32,000 nt of DNA from assembly GCA_965224195.1 (NCBI GenBank), contig OZ245040.1, positions 287,312-319,311 of the forward strand, given 5' to 3'. This DNA is from Nitrosopumilus sp. (lineage in GTDB: Archaea; Thermoproteota; Nitrososphaeria; Nitrososphaerales; Nitrosopumilaceae). Every line of letters starts with the position of its first letter. The stretch's first letter is position 1. Below the pieces are notes generated by a model. It was given only the letters and a program-made list of their open reading frames with translations. It did no database searches and had not been told where the DNA came from. The position numbers were made by a program, and so were the translations under genes. Of the stretch, positions 1 through 9,032 are shown piece by piece.

Positions 1-151
1 AATTTTTAAAAAAACATACAAGCTGGAAAAATCTTGAAAGAAATAGTAAAAGTGGTTTCCGTGTCCTAGCAGAACTTTACTCACCTTGTGTGGAGAATAG
101 AGAAACCATTATTCAACAAGTAATCATAGTAAATAAACTGATCTAGTTAGG

Positions 152-235
152 CGTAGAGAGCGGGATTTGAATCCACGGGTCTGCTAGGACACTTGCTCTT
201 AAGGCGAGCGCATTACCATGCTCTGCCATCTCTAC
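152..235 (-). tRNA. tRNA-Leu(UAA)-like, class II, atypical (possible pseudo-tRNA)
   Basis: Minus strand gtagagatggcagagcatggtaatgcgctcgccttaagagcaagtgtcctagcagacccgtggattcaaatcccgctctctacg. 7/7 acceptor stem, D arm GCA/TGC with GG in the loop, loop CTTAAGA (anticodon TAA), 15-nt variable region, T loop TTCAAAT. Mismatches at 29-41 (C-A) and 53-61 (A-C); discriminator G. Confidence 0.7.
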
Positions 236-497
236 AAGAACATTCATGGATTACAGCTATTTAGTAGTAGATTCAACAATTATTGAATGTCAATAAAAAA
301 TAAGAATAATGATTGATCGCCTTTGTATTCATCATTATTTGGGTTCAGTTAGTCTGAATGATCATCACTATCAGATTGTTTGTCCATTGAGATCCTATAG
401 CATTACAAAGGATATGACTGGATATCATAGTTTGAACTAAAAAAATCATGAAAAAACAGAAATTCCTAGTACACCTAAAAAAACTACAGAGCAAGAA

Positions 498-1087
498 TAG
501 ACCTCTTGCATAATTAGAAACAAAATACCATCTTTCATTCTTGACAGATTCTAATTTTATGAAATTGCCATGAATTCTTCTCTCCATTTTATCTTGAAAT
601 TAATAATTCCACAAACAATGTCACTTGTTCCATCATATCTGCACAATCTATTCCTAAATGTTTCTGAATTGATTCTAAATTTCTTTATTCTACTAATTGC
701 ATGTTCTACTTTTATTCTGATTTTACTTTGTAACTTGTTCCAATCCTTTTGAGATGCAGTCAACTCTTTTCCTTTTTTTCTCTTGTATGGTAAGATGCTA
801 GTTTGTTTTGGGAAATCTTTCTCAACACCCAAATATCCAAGATCATAAAATACCATTAAATCTTCAGATAAAACAGGATATTTTATTTTCAGTATTGCGT
901 AATCATTTCTTCGTCCAAGGGAATGTGGAGGTTTGTGAATAATCTCACCATTCAGGTTAATCGTAATTTGATTTTTGATTGTATGTCTTTTCTTTTTGCC
1001 TGAATAGTGAGTTTTTCTCTTCTTCTTATTTTTTAGTCTTGGGATTTGCTGTTCTGTTCCATCAGTAATTGCAATCAGTTCAGGAAA
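498..1087 (-). mobile_element. 5'-truncated IS5/DDE_Tnp_4-type transposase fragment, left copy
   Basis: Reverse complement of 1908-2495, apparently near-identical. Encodes ITDGTEQQIPR..., VFYDLGYLG..., KVEHAISRIKKFR (D, D, E motifs). Reading back from the homology, a stop precedes HSKKINDIQQLQEFFPEL, so the N-terminal domain is missing. Confidence 0.8.
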
Positions 1088-1304
1088 GAATTCCTGCAGT
1101 TGCTGTATGTCGTTAATCTTTTTTGAATGTTATGTTATCTGATACTTTGGTCAAAACTAGGCTGGATTTTCAACTGATGGTAAATTCGGGTGACAGAGTG
1201 GTTCAGTTAGGGTTACCAACGCCTTAACATTGCAAAGCTGACAACAAACAACCTCTCTTTTTTTATTTTAAAATGTTAAAATACAACTATACTAAATTAT
1301 TATT

Positions 1305-1448
1305 ATGGCATCAAAGCGCATAACCATTATGATTGATGAGAAAAATCACGCCAAAATACGTAAAATTCAGGCTAAGAGAATTCTAAATGAGAATCGCGCT
1401 GTTAGTTTTTCTCAAGTCATTAATGATCAATTAGCAAAAAGTTTCTAA
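1305..1448 (+). CDS. small ribbon-helix-helix-like DNA-binding protein (47 aa), not in ORF track
   Basis: Hand translation MASKRITIMIDEKNHAKIRKIQAKRILNENRAVSFSQVINDQLAKSF*. Short beta strand (KRITIMID) followed by two helices, as in archaeal RHH proteins. Confidence 0.6.
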   Translation: MASKRITIMIDEKNHAKIRKIQAKRILNENRAVSFSQVINDQLAKSF

Positions 1449-1649
1449 AAATCTAGTTTCTGTGTATGGTATAATCCATACACTTTTTGTAAAATACCTC
1501 AGTTAATTTATTGTTCTCCAATGATTTTATTTTAGTATGTACTTTTATGAAAACTATATTCTGTCTGATGCGTAAAAGTCATGCCTCAGTACATTGCACA
1601 GATGTCAATCCAAAATAGTTAAATCACGCATACGGATCACCCCAAGCCA

Positions 1650-1811
1650 TGATGTGTGATATATGCCAAAAAGAGATAGGTGGGGCAGCACCGCACTTTT
1701 ACATCCACTTTACTACCAAGATGGACGGCATGCATGATCTGTCAAAACGAAGAGTAAAAAAGATTATGAAGCGCAAGTTTCCCCAAGATCTATTCACTAA
1801 AAAATTATGAA
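1650..1811 (+). CDS. small CxxC-containing hypothetical protein (53 aa), not in ORF track
   Basis: Hand translation MMCDICQKEIGGAAPHFYIHFTTKMDGMHDLSKRRVKKIMKRKFPQDLFTKKL*. Confidence 0.4.
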
Positions 1812-1907
1812 TGCAATACGTAAAACAGTCTGGAAGGGATCAGATAGGCAATGTAGCATCAGCGGCAGCAGAACGCAGACCCGTAAGTTACAACACATCT
1901 TACGCAT

Positions 1908-2495
1908 TCCTGAACTGATTGCAATTACTGATGGAACAGAACAGCAAATCCCAAGACTAAAAAATAAGAAGAAGAGAAAAACTCACTATTCAGGCAAAAA
2001 GAAAAGACATACAATCAAAAATCAAATTACGATTAACCTGAATGGTGAGATTATTCACAAACCTCCACATTCCCTTGGACGAAGAAATGATTACGCAATA
2101 CTGAAAATAAAATATCCTGTTTTATCTGAAGATTTAATGGTATTTTATGATCTTGGATATTTGGGTGTTGAGAAAGATTTCCCAAAACAAACTAGCATCT
2201 TACCATACAAGAGAAAAAAAGGAAAAGAGTTGACTGCATCTCAAAAGGATTGGAACAAGTTACAAAGTAAAATCAGAATAAAAGTAGAACATGCAATTAG
2301 TAGAATAAAGAAATTTAGAATCAATTCAGAAACATTTAGGAATAGATTGTGCAGATATGATGGAACAAGTGACATTGTTTGTGGAATTATTAATTTCAAG
2401 ATAAAATGGAGAGAAGAATTCATGGCAATTTCATAAAATTAGAATCTGTCAAGAATGAAAGATGGTATTTTGTTTCTAATTATGCAAGAGGTCTA
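1908..2495 (+). mobile_element. 5'-truncated IS5/DDE_Tnp_4-type transposase fragment, right copy
   Basis: ORF 1807-2436 contains the D/D/E catalytic motifs. Sequence from tcctgaactg to gcaagaggtcta matches the reverse complement of 498-1087. The ORF N-terminus MNAIRKTVWKGSDRQCSISG... does not look like transposase. Confidence 0.8.
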
Positions 2496-3642
2496 CCAAA
2501 GTTTGTTGCATTATTTGGTGAGACAGTTGAGCTTATACCATTAAGGTTAGTTAGGATAGAATCATCGTTATCTGCAATGGTTAGTACTGCGTTAGCAGCA
2601 CCTTGTGCGTTAGTATCAATTAGAAGTCTACAGTTGTCTTCACACATTAGTGAATCTACTGTACCATCTATGTTGATTGCTGCACCACCACTTGCACCAT
2701 TTTCATCGAATACTTGGTAGTGTGCACCACGTGATGTGGCGTTATCTACGTTTGTACCAAATGTCCAAGAGTCTTCATCAGTTGGGTTAATGTTTAGCCA
2801 TGAGTCAGTAATTGTTGTGTGTATTTGTGATCCTTGAGGATATACAGTTCTATCTAAACTTGAACCGGCGAATTCGTCGACATCATCAAAAGTAAGTGTT
2901 ACTGATTGAGCATTACCTGCTGGATTGTATTGTACGACTACGTCACCCTTGTCTGAGTTTAGAGGATAGAACTGAATAAATGGCCAAATTGAACTAGAAG
3001 CACCATCAGTTGCTACTGTGGTTTCGACTCCGATTTGTCCTACTGGCATGTTTGTATTTTCATTTACATCTTTTGATTCTCTCAAAACATTTTGTGTAAA
3101 TGCACCTGCTGCATTACCCGTGACACAAGCTGCAGCGATGTCACCACCAGTTGCGCTTCCATCGGTTAATTCTGTGGTCATTTGAGAGCGTTTGCAAATG
3201 CGACACCAACGGTATCACCAAATGAAACGGCTGATAGAGTACCTGCAGATGTTGCACTACAGAATACACCAAAGTCTAATCCAGCGCCAGCATTACCTGC
3301 TGCAGTTGAATCGGCTATTTGTGCTTGATCTCTATCGGCGAAGTAACCATACCAGTTACCATCAATACCTTGAACCATTCTCAGGATCTTACCGTTGATT
3401 GTAACGTCTGGCTCACCTTTTCCCTCGTCAGTATCATTAATATTAGAATCAATTATGACTACCTCAATTACTTGAGGTCCTGACATGTAATTGCCAAAGT
3501 CTGAGTTTTCTGCGGAAACAAATAGGTTAGCGTTGGTTGCAAATGCTGGTTCCATTCCTGGAACTGCAAATGTTAAACCACCGGCTAACATAATTGTCAT
3601 TAATGTAAGACTAGTTATTTTACGTCCTATTTCGTTATTCAT
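2496..3642 (-). pseudogene. Truncated and frameshifted S-layer protein gene (thaumarchaeal type)
   Basis: ORF 3178-3642 (MNNEIGRKITSLTLMTIMLAGGLTFAVPGMEPAFATNANLFVSAENSDFGNYMSGPQ...) continues in another frame in ORF 2480-3181 (...WPFIQFYPL...DEDSWTFGTNVDNATS...MCEDNCRLLIDTNAQG...). The reading ends at the right transposase-fragment boundary. Confidence 0.8.
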
Positions 3643-3857
3643 GTTATTGATATTTTTCTTAAAAATTAGTATAAAATGCTAATAGACGAATTGTCCACAA
3701 TTATCAGTTTTTTTGTAATTATTTTAGTAAATATCTAAATTTATTCAAATTTTTATATTATTTAATCATAATAAATACAGTTTATCATATGAAATAGAAA
3801 ATGATCCTTAAATTTTATATGTTTTATGTATGATTTATGAAATTTTTGTAGCCTATT

Positions 3858-5189
3858 TTATGCCTTGATCTCTTGTCCTAGTAGAGTTTTGTATAATGAT
3901 ATAGCATCAGATTCATCTTTTGGTCCTACAACAACAGCTGATCCTTTTTTCATGAAACTGACAGATAATTCATTTGTTCTCAAAGATAATCCCAAGTCGC
4001 CCTGATTATCAATTATGAATCCTTTTTCTTTTCCAATTGCAGTAACACCATTAACATCAAGATCAAATGTTTGTGTAGGTGTAATAGAATAAGTTCTCTT
4101 ACCGCGATTACGTCCACACAATTCTTCTAAAATTAATTCTTCTTTTTCTACAACATCTAGTTTTCCTGTTCCACATATTGGACATTCTTCAGCTTTGAAT
4201 GTTCTAGTACTGTTAAAGTCTAAATTTTCCAAATCAATATGTAAAATTCTTTCAGAAAGATTAGGGATTTTTCCAGTAATTATTTTGACTGCTTCTGCAA
4301 CTTCAATTGCACCAACAATAGAAAGTATTGGTGGATGAACTCCTTCAATACTACATGTCGGCATTGAATCTTCATCAAGTGATGGAAACATGCAATAATA
4401 ACACGCAGATTTTTTTGGTAAAACAGTAAAAACTTGTCCAGATGTTCCAACTGCAGCTCCTGTAACAAATGGAATTCCATAATTTACGCAAGCTTTGTTT
4501 AATGCATATCTTGCATTTACACTGTCAAGTGCATCAATTACTATGTCACATCCTTCAACAACTTCTAATGCAGTATAATCATTTACAGATACAGCTAGAG
4601 CTTCAATTTTACAATCAGGATTTAATTTCTGTAATTTTTTCGCAGCAACCTCAACTTTAACTTGACCGACATCATCTTCATCAAACATCATTTGTCTATG
4701 TAAATTAGATAATTCTATTACATCTCTATCAACAATACGTAAAGTTCCAACACCCATTGTAGCTAATCTAGATATTATTGGATGACCTAAACCTCCAGTT
4801 CCAACAATACAAACTTTAGAATTTTTCAATTTTAATTGTCCGGCGTATCCAATTTCTTCAAGCATTACTTGTCGTGAGAATTTATCAAGTTCTTTTGGAG
4901 ATAACTCTTCAGAGCCACCTGCAACTGCAGGTAATATGTAAACTTCATCACCATCTTTTAGAGCAGTTTCCATACCGCTAGAAAACTTTGCATTCTTTCC
5001 ATTGATGTAGATATTTATCAATGAGCGTGGCGTTCCATCACCTTCCAAAACTCTACGCTTAAAATCATCACCCATAATTTCTGAAATTTTTGCAAATGCA
5101 TCAGTAAGAGAATCAGATGAGATCTCAGTTTTCTTCTCTCCTCCACTTTGATTTAGTACAGACGGAATTGTAAATGTGATATTGGCCAT
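3858..5189 (-). CDS. E1-like ThiF/MoeB/HesA activating enzyme with N-terminal MoaD/ThiS-like ubiquitin-fold domain
   Basis: N-terminal ~90 aa ends INGKNAKFSSGMETALKDGDEVYILPAVAGG. Then FSRQVMLEEIGYAGQLKLKNSKVCIVGTGGLGHP (E1 nucleotide-binding), CYYC and CPIC zinc cysteine pairs. Confidence 0.9.
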   Translation of the reverse strand: MANITFTIPSVLNQSGGEKKTEISSDSLTDAFAKISEIMGDDFKRRVLEGDGTPRSLINIYINGKNAKFSSGMETALKDGDEVYILPAVAGGSEELSPKELDKFSRQVMLEEIGYAGQLKLKNSKVCIVGTGGLGHPIISRLATMGVGTLRIVDRDVIELSNLHRQMMFDEDDVGQVKVEVAAKKLQKLNPDCKIEALAVSVNDYTALEVVEGCDIVIDALDSVNARYALNKACVNYGIPFVTGAAVGTSGQVFTVLPKKSACYYCMFPSLDEDSMPTCSIEGVHPPILSIVGAIEVAEAVKIITGKIPNLSERILHIDLENLDFNSTRTFKAEECPICGTGKLDVVEKEELILEELCGRNRGKRTYSITPTQTFDLDVNGVTAIGKEKGFIIDNQGDLGLSLRTNELSVSFMKKGSAVVVGPKDESDAISLYKTLLGQEIKA

Positions 5190-6409
5190 TAGTTTACTAC
5201 CGCCGATATTTCATTTACATCTGCTTTCATCACTCTTGGTTTTTGTAAAACTTCCATGATTGATTCGGTAGCCTTTAGACCATTACCAGTAACATAGCAT
5301 ACTACTTTGTCATTTCTATCAATTTTTCCTTGTTCAACCATTTTCTGAAGAACAGAGATAGAAACTCCACCTGCAGGTTCTGTAAATATTCCTTCAGTTT
5401 GCGCAAGAAGTAAAATTGCATCAAGGATTTCTTTGTTATTGCATTCTTCTGCAAATCCATTATACTGTTGTAATCGCTTCAAAACATATCGACCATCACC
5501 AGGATCACCTATTGCTAAACTCTTTGCAACAGTGTCAGGGTATTCAACTGGAATTACTTCTTTACTATTTTTCTTAAACGCATCAACTATTGGTGCACAT
5601 CCATGTGGTTGTGCTGCAATCATGTGCATATTTGAAACATTATCAAGTAGTGAGACGGTTTGTAATTCTTCGAATCCCTTACAAATAGCATTAAGCATTG
5701 CGCCACTTCCTACTGGAACTATAAGTTGATCAGGAACTTGCCAATCAAGTTGCTCTGCAACTTCAAATGAAAATGTTTTAGAACCTTCTACATAGTGTGA
5801 ACGCATGTTAATGTTTACTATACCAATTCCTTTACTGTCACCAATTTGTGCAGCTATGGTGTTGGCATCATCATATGTTCCATCAACTGCAATGTAATTT
5901 GCACCATAAGATAGTGCTTGTGTAATTTTTGCCATCTCAATATTACTTGGGGCAAATACATGACAAGGTAAATCTGCTTTAGCTGCATGTGCTGCAGTTG
6001 CAGATGCTAAATTACCAGTTGATGCACATCCAACTGATGTCAATCCAAATTCTTTAGCTTTAGATATTGCAACTCCAGCAGGCCTATCTTTGAATGAAAA
6101 TGTTGGATTTACCGAATCATTTTTTATGTAAAGATTGTTTAATCCTAATTTTTTTCCAAGGTTATCAGCCTTGATAAGAGGAGTCATTCCAGCTCCAATA
6201 CTTACAATGTTTGATTTTTCTTCTATTGGTAATAATTCAAAATATCGCCAATAGGTAGATTCGCGATTTGCAAATGTATCTTTTGTAATTATAGGAAAAT
6301 TATATTTTACATCGAGTGGTCCGAAACAGTCATCACAGATGTACTTGAAAGCAGTGTCATACTCTTTTTTACATTCTCTGCATTGTAGTGAAGTTCTAGT
6401 CAAGATCAA
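5189..6409 (-). CDS. thrC: Threonine synthase (PLP-dependent) with N-terminal zinc ribbon
   Basis: CRECKKEY...CDDCFGPLDVKY; GAGMTPLIKA; NPTFSFKDRPAGVAI; PVGSGAMLNAI; EPAGGVSISVL. Confidence 0.9.
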   Translation of the reverse strand: MILTRTSLQCRECKKEYDTAFKYICDDCFGPLDVKYNFPIITKDTFANRESTYWRYFELLPIEEKSNIVSIGAGMTPLIKADNLGKKLGLNNLYIKNDSVNPTFSFKDRPAGVAISKAKEFGLTSVGCASTGNLASATAAHAAKADLPCHVFAPSNIEMAKITQALSYGANYIAVDGTYDDANTIAAQIGDSKGIGIVNINMRSHYVEGSKTFSFEVAEQLDWQVPDQLIVPVGSGAMLNAICKGFEELQTVSLLDNVSNMHMIAAQPHGCAPIVDAFKKNSKEVIPVEYPDTVAKSLAIGDPGDGRYVLKRLQQYNGFAEECNNKEILDAILLLAQTEGIFTEPAGGVSISVLQKMVEQGKIDRNDKVVCYVTGNGLKATESIMEVLQKPRVMKADVNEISAVVN

Positions 6410-6600
6410 TATCTCCTTTGCGAATATAGATAAAAAATCCTAATATCAAGTTAAGTAATACTTAATTTTAAGGATTAAAAATATAGTGATGCATATTATT
6501 CATACGGGGAAAAATAGGAAAACAGAAGTTTAGAGTGTAAAAAAATCAAATTTTTGGAATTATGAGAAAGGTATTTAGATATTTTTGAAAGTGTATTTTC

Positions 6601-7169
6601 ATGAATAGTAAAATTGCAATTCCAATAGTTATCAGTATAATCATAGTGGCAGTTGGAATCTTTGCAATTACCAATCAAGAATCAAAAATAATTAAAGTTG
6701 AAGATACTATAAATGAAGAATTACAACCAACAGATGAAATTACTCCAGAGATTAAAGAAAAAATAGATGAAATAGAGAAAGTAAATTTAGAAAATGAATA
6801 TTCACCAAAAGACAGAGAATGGATCACTTCAGGACCATTTCAAATTGATCGTAGTGAATATATCTTAGGTGAGAAAATTTTTCTAAGAACATCAGGATTA
6901 GAATATAATGAAAAAGGTGAAACTGCATTTCTAAGACCTTTAAACAGTACACATTATTCGGTGTATCTTACTATTTCATTTGACGGTTTAGATAATGCAG
7001 TATATAATTATTATTTAGAACCACAACTTTCAAAATTAAAGGGGCATTGTACTGTAGATGATTTTATTGGAGATTGGTATTTAGAGGAACAAATTATCCC
7101 AATCTAGAATTTAAAATAACAAAACAAATACTACCAGGAGAAGAAAGTTCGTTTGAACCTGTATGTTAA
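6601..7169 (+). CDS. Membrane-anchored hypothetical protein, apparently frameshifted near the 3' end
   Basis: ORF 6601-7107 has an N-terminal TM segment. After its last codons another frame reads YPNLEFKITKQILPGEESSFEPVC* to 7169, 1 nt short of the convergent hisI stop. Confidence 0.6.
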
Positions 7170-7170
7170 T

Positions 7171-7500
7171 TTATTTTTCTAAAGAATTATGAAAACAAAC
7201 TTTATCACCCAAGTGACAAGCAGGTCCTAAAGGTTCTACCAAGTAAATAATTGCATCAAAATCACAATCAACTAAAATTTCTTTAATTTTTTGAGTGTTG
7301 CCAGATTCTTCTCCTTTCATCCAAAGTTTATTTCTTGAACGACTCCAAAACCAAGAGTTCCCAGTTTTTTTGGCAAGTTCTAAAGATTCTTTATTTGTAT
7401 AAGCTAAAGTTAAAACATCTTTTGTATTTGCATCTTGAACAATTACAGGTACAAGACCACCACTTTTCTCAAAATCTATTTCATCAATAATTTTTTTCAT
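7171..7500 (-). CDS. hisI: Phosphoribosyl-AMP cyclohydrolase (no HisE domain)
   Basis: VIVQDANTKDVLTLAYTNKESLELA, WFWSRSRNKLWMKGEESGNTQ, DCDFDAIIYLVEPLGPACHLGDKVCF. Confidence 0.95.
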   Translation of the reverse strand: MKKIIDEIDFEKSGGLVPVIVQDANTKDVLTLAYTNKESLELAKKTGNSWFWSRSRNKLWMKGEESGNTQKIKEILVDCDFDAIIYLVEPLGPACHLGDKVCFHNSLEK

Positions 7501-7524
7501 AATTACAAATACAAAAAATAGCTA

Positions 7525-8328
7525 TTATAATCTTACAGGAATATCCCTATCTTTCAAATATGATTTTACACCATTTACTCCATGAGTTTCATAATGAAAT
7601 ATTGAAGCAGCTAAAGCAGCATCTACATTTGATTCCTTGAAAACGTTAATCATATCATCAGGTTTTCCACAACCTCCAGAAGCAATAACAGGAATAGATA
7701 CTGAATTAACGACATTTTTAGTCAGTAAAATATCATATCCATCTTTAGTTCCATCTTTATCAATACTTGTAAGAAGAATCTCCCCTGCACCTAATTTTTC
7801 AGCATCTTTAACCCATTGAATAACATCTATTCCAGTACCTTCTTTCCCACCATAAATGAAAACTTCAAACCAAAATTGTTCATCATTTTCAGTAAAAATA
7901 TTTTTTGACTCATCAATTTTAAAATTTCTTTTTGCATCAACAGCTATCACAATACATTGGCGTCCAAATAATTCCATTAATTCTGTAATAACTTTAGGAT
8001 TTTTTATTGCTCCAGTGTTAATTCCTACTTTATCTGCGCCATTTAGTAAAATATTTCTAGCATCTTCTAATGATTTTACTCCACCACCAACAGTAAATGG
8101 GATGTCAATTACTGATGCAACTTTTCGTACCAGATCTTTGAGAGTTTTTCTCTGTTCGTCTGATGCAGTAATATCTAAAAAAACTAGTTCGTCTGCTCCT
8201 TCATTGCTATATTTTTCTGCTAGTTCTACAGGATCTCCAGCATCTTTAATTGATTCAAAGTTTAATCCTTTTACCACTCTTCCATTTTTTACATCTAAAC
8301 ATGGAATAATTCGTTTAGTTAATGTCAT
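7525..8328 (-). CDS. hisF: Imidazole glycerol phosphate synthase cyclase subunit
   Basis: [34 protein letters not shown]; FTVGGGVKS; [12 protein letters not shown]. Confidence 0.97.
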   Translation of the reverse strand: MTLTKRIIPCLDVKNGRVVKGLNFESIKDAGDPVELAEKYSNEGADELVFLDITASDEQRKTLKDLVRKVASVIDIPFTVGGGVKSLEDARNILLNGADKVGINTGAIKNPKVITELMELFGRQCIVIAVDAKRNFKIDESKNIFTENDEQFWFEVFIYGGKEGTGIDVIQWVKDAEKLGAGEILLTSIDKDGTKDGYDILLTKNVVNSVSIPVIASGGCGKPDDMINVFKESNVDAALAASIFHYETHGVNGVKSYLKDRDIPVRL

Positions 8329-9032
8329 GATAATTTTTTTGCATCCTCAACGGATATTTTTCTCTCATATAGTGCTTTTCCAAGAATTACTCCAAAAGCA
8401 TTTTTTTCTTTTACATCTTTAATATCATCAAGATTAGAAATCCCTCCACTTGCAATGATATTTGTTTTAGGTAAATTACATGCCTGTTCTAAAAATTCCA
8501 AATCTGGACCTTCCATAGTTCCATCACGACTAACATTTGTTAATAAGAATTCAGTAAAACCCATTTCAAGAAATTCATTAATTGCAGAAATTAATTTAAT
8601 TCCAGTATCTTTTTGCCAACCATTAATTACAATTTCACCATCTTTATGATCAACTGAAATTACAATTTTTTCCGGACCTAGCTCGGTTAATAATAATTTT
8701 AGAAGGGATTTATCTTTGAATGCTAAAGTTCCCAGCACAATTCGTTCAGATAATTTTACAATTTCTAAAACTGATGATTCATCTCGTAATCCACCAGCAA
8801 CTTCAACAGGAATTGAAACGGATTCAAGGATTTTTTTAATTATATCCAAATTAGATCCAATTCCCAATGTTGCATCTAAATCAACTAAGTGAAGAATATC
8901 AGCACCTGCTGCTTCCCAACGTTGTGCAATTTCTATAGGATTATCACTATACACAGTTTTTTGGCTTGGATTTCCTTTGTACAATCGAACTACTTTACCA
9001 TCCATTAAATCAATAGCAGGAATTATTTTCAT
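8325..9032 (-). CDS. hisA: Phosphoribosylformimino-5-aminoimidazole carboxamide ribotide isomerase
   Basis: [20 protein letters not shown]; [10 protein letters not shown]; [16 protein letters not shown]; [12 protein letters not shown]. Confidence 0.95.
   Translation of the reverse strand: MKIIPAIDLMDGKVVRLYKGNPSQKTVYSDNPIEIAQRWEAAGADILHLVDLDATLGIGSNLDIIKKILESVSIPVEVAGGLRDESSVLEIVKLSERIVLGTLAFKDKSLLKLLLTELGPEKIVISVDHKDGEIVINGWQKDTGIKLISAINEFLEMGFTEFLLTNVSRDGTMEGPDLEFLEQACNLPKTNIIASGGISNLDDIKDVKEKNAFGVILGKALYERKISVEDAKKLS

Larger units (their letters stand above)
498..2495. repeat. ~590-bp inverted repeat (498-1087 / 1908-2495) around an ~820-bp spacer
   Basis: Direct comparison of both arms. 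Homology stops abruptly on both sides of each arm. Confidence 0.85.

Noticed and set aside
345-752. Small ORFs 345..587 (-) and 570..752 (+), plus the equivalents 2241..2423 (-) and 2406..2720 (+)
   Set aside because: They are read antisense to or across the transposase fragments and S-layer remnant, are duplicated only because the DNA is duplicated, and show no protein-like features.
1807-1907. N-terminus of ORF 1807-2436 as a novel transposase domain
   Set aside because: Sequence MNAIRKTVWKGSDRQCSISGSRTQTRK looks non-homologous and lies outside the repeated arm; most likely accidental in-frame sequence upstream of a truncated transposase.
3192-3682. Plus-strand ORFs 3192..3398 and 3491..3682
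   Set aside because: Antisense to clearly S-layer-like coding sequence.
1-3800. Possible CRISPR array, toxin-antitoxin operon or defence island in the accessory region
   Set aside because: No regularly spaced direct repeats, no cas-like ORFs and no second partner gene with toxin features; only the RHH-like ORF is suggestive.
4280-4660. Plus-strand ORFs antisense to the E1-like gene, and similar small ORFs opposite hisF/hisA/hisH/hisC/hisD/hmgA/guaA/csl4/mptE
   Set aside because: Low-complexity Leu/Gln/His/Ser-rich shadow ORFs typical of AT-rich coding regions; the overlapping genes are well supported.
6496-6678. Minus-strand ORF between thrC and the membrane protein gene
   Set aside because: AT-rich composition, overlaps the start of the 6601 gene, no recognizable domain.
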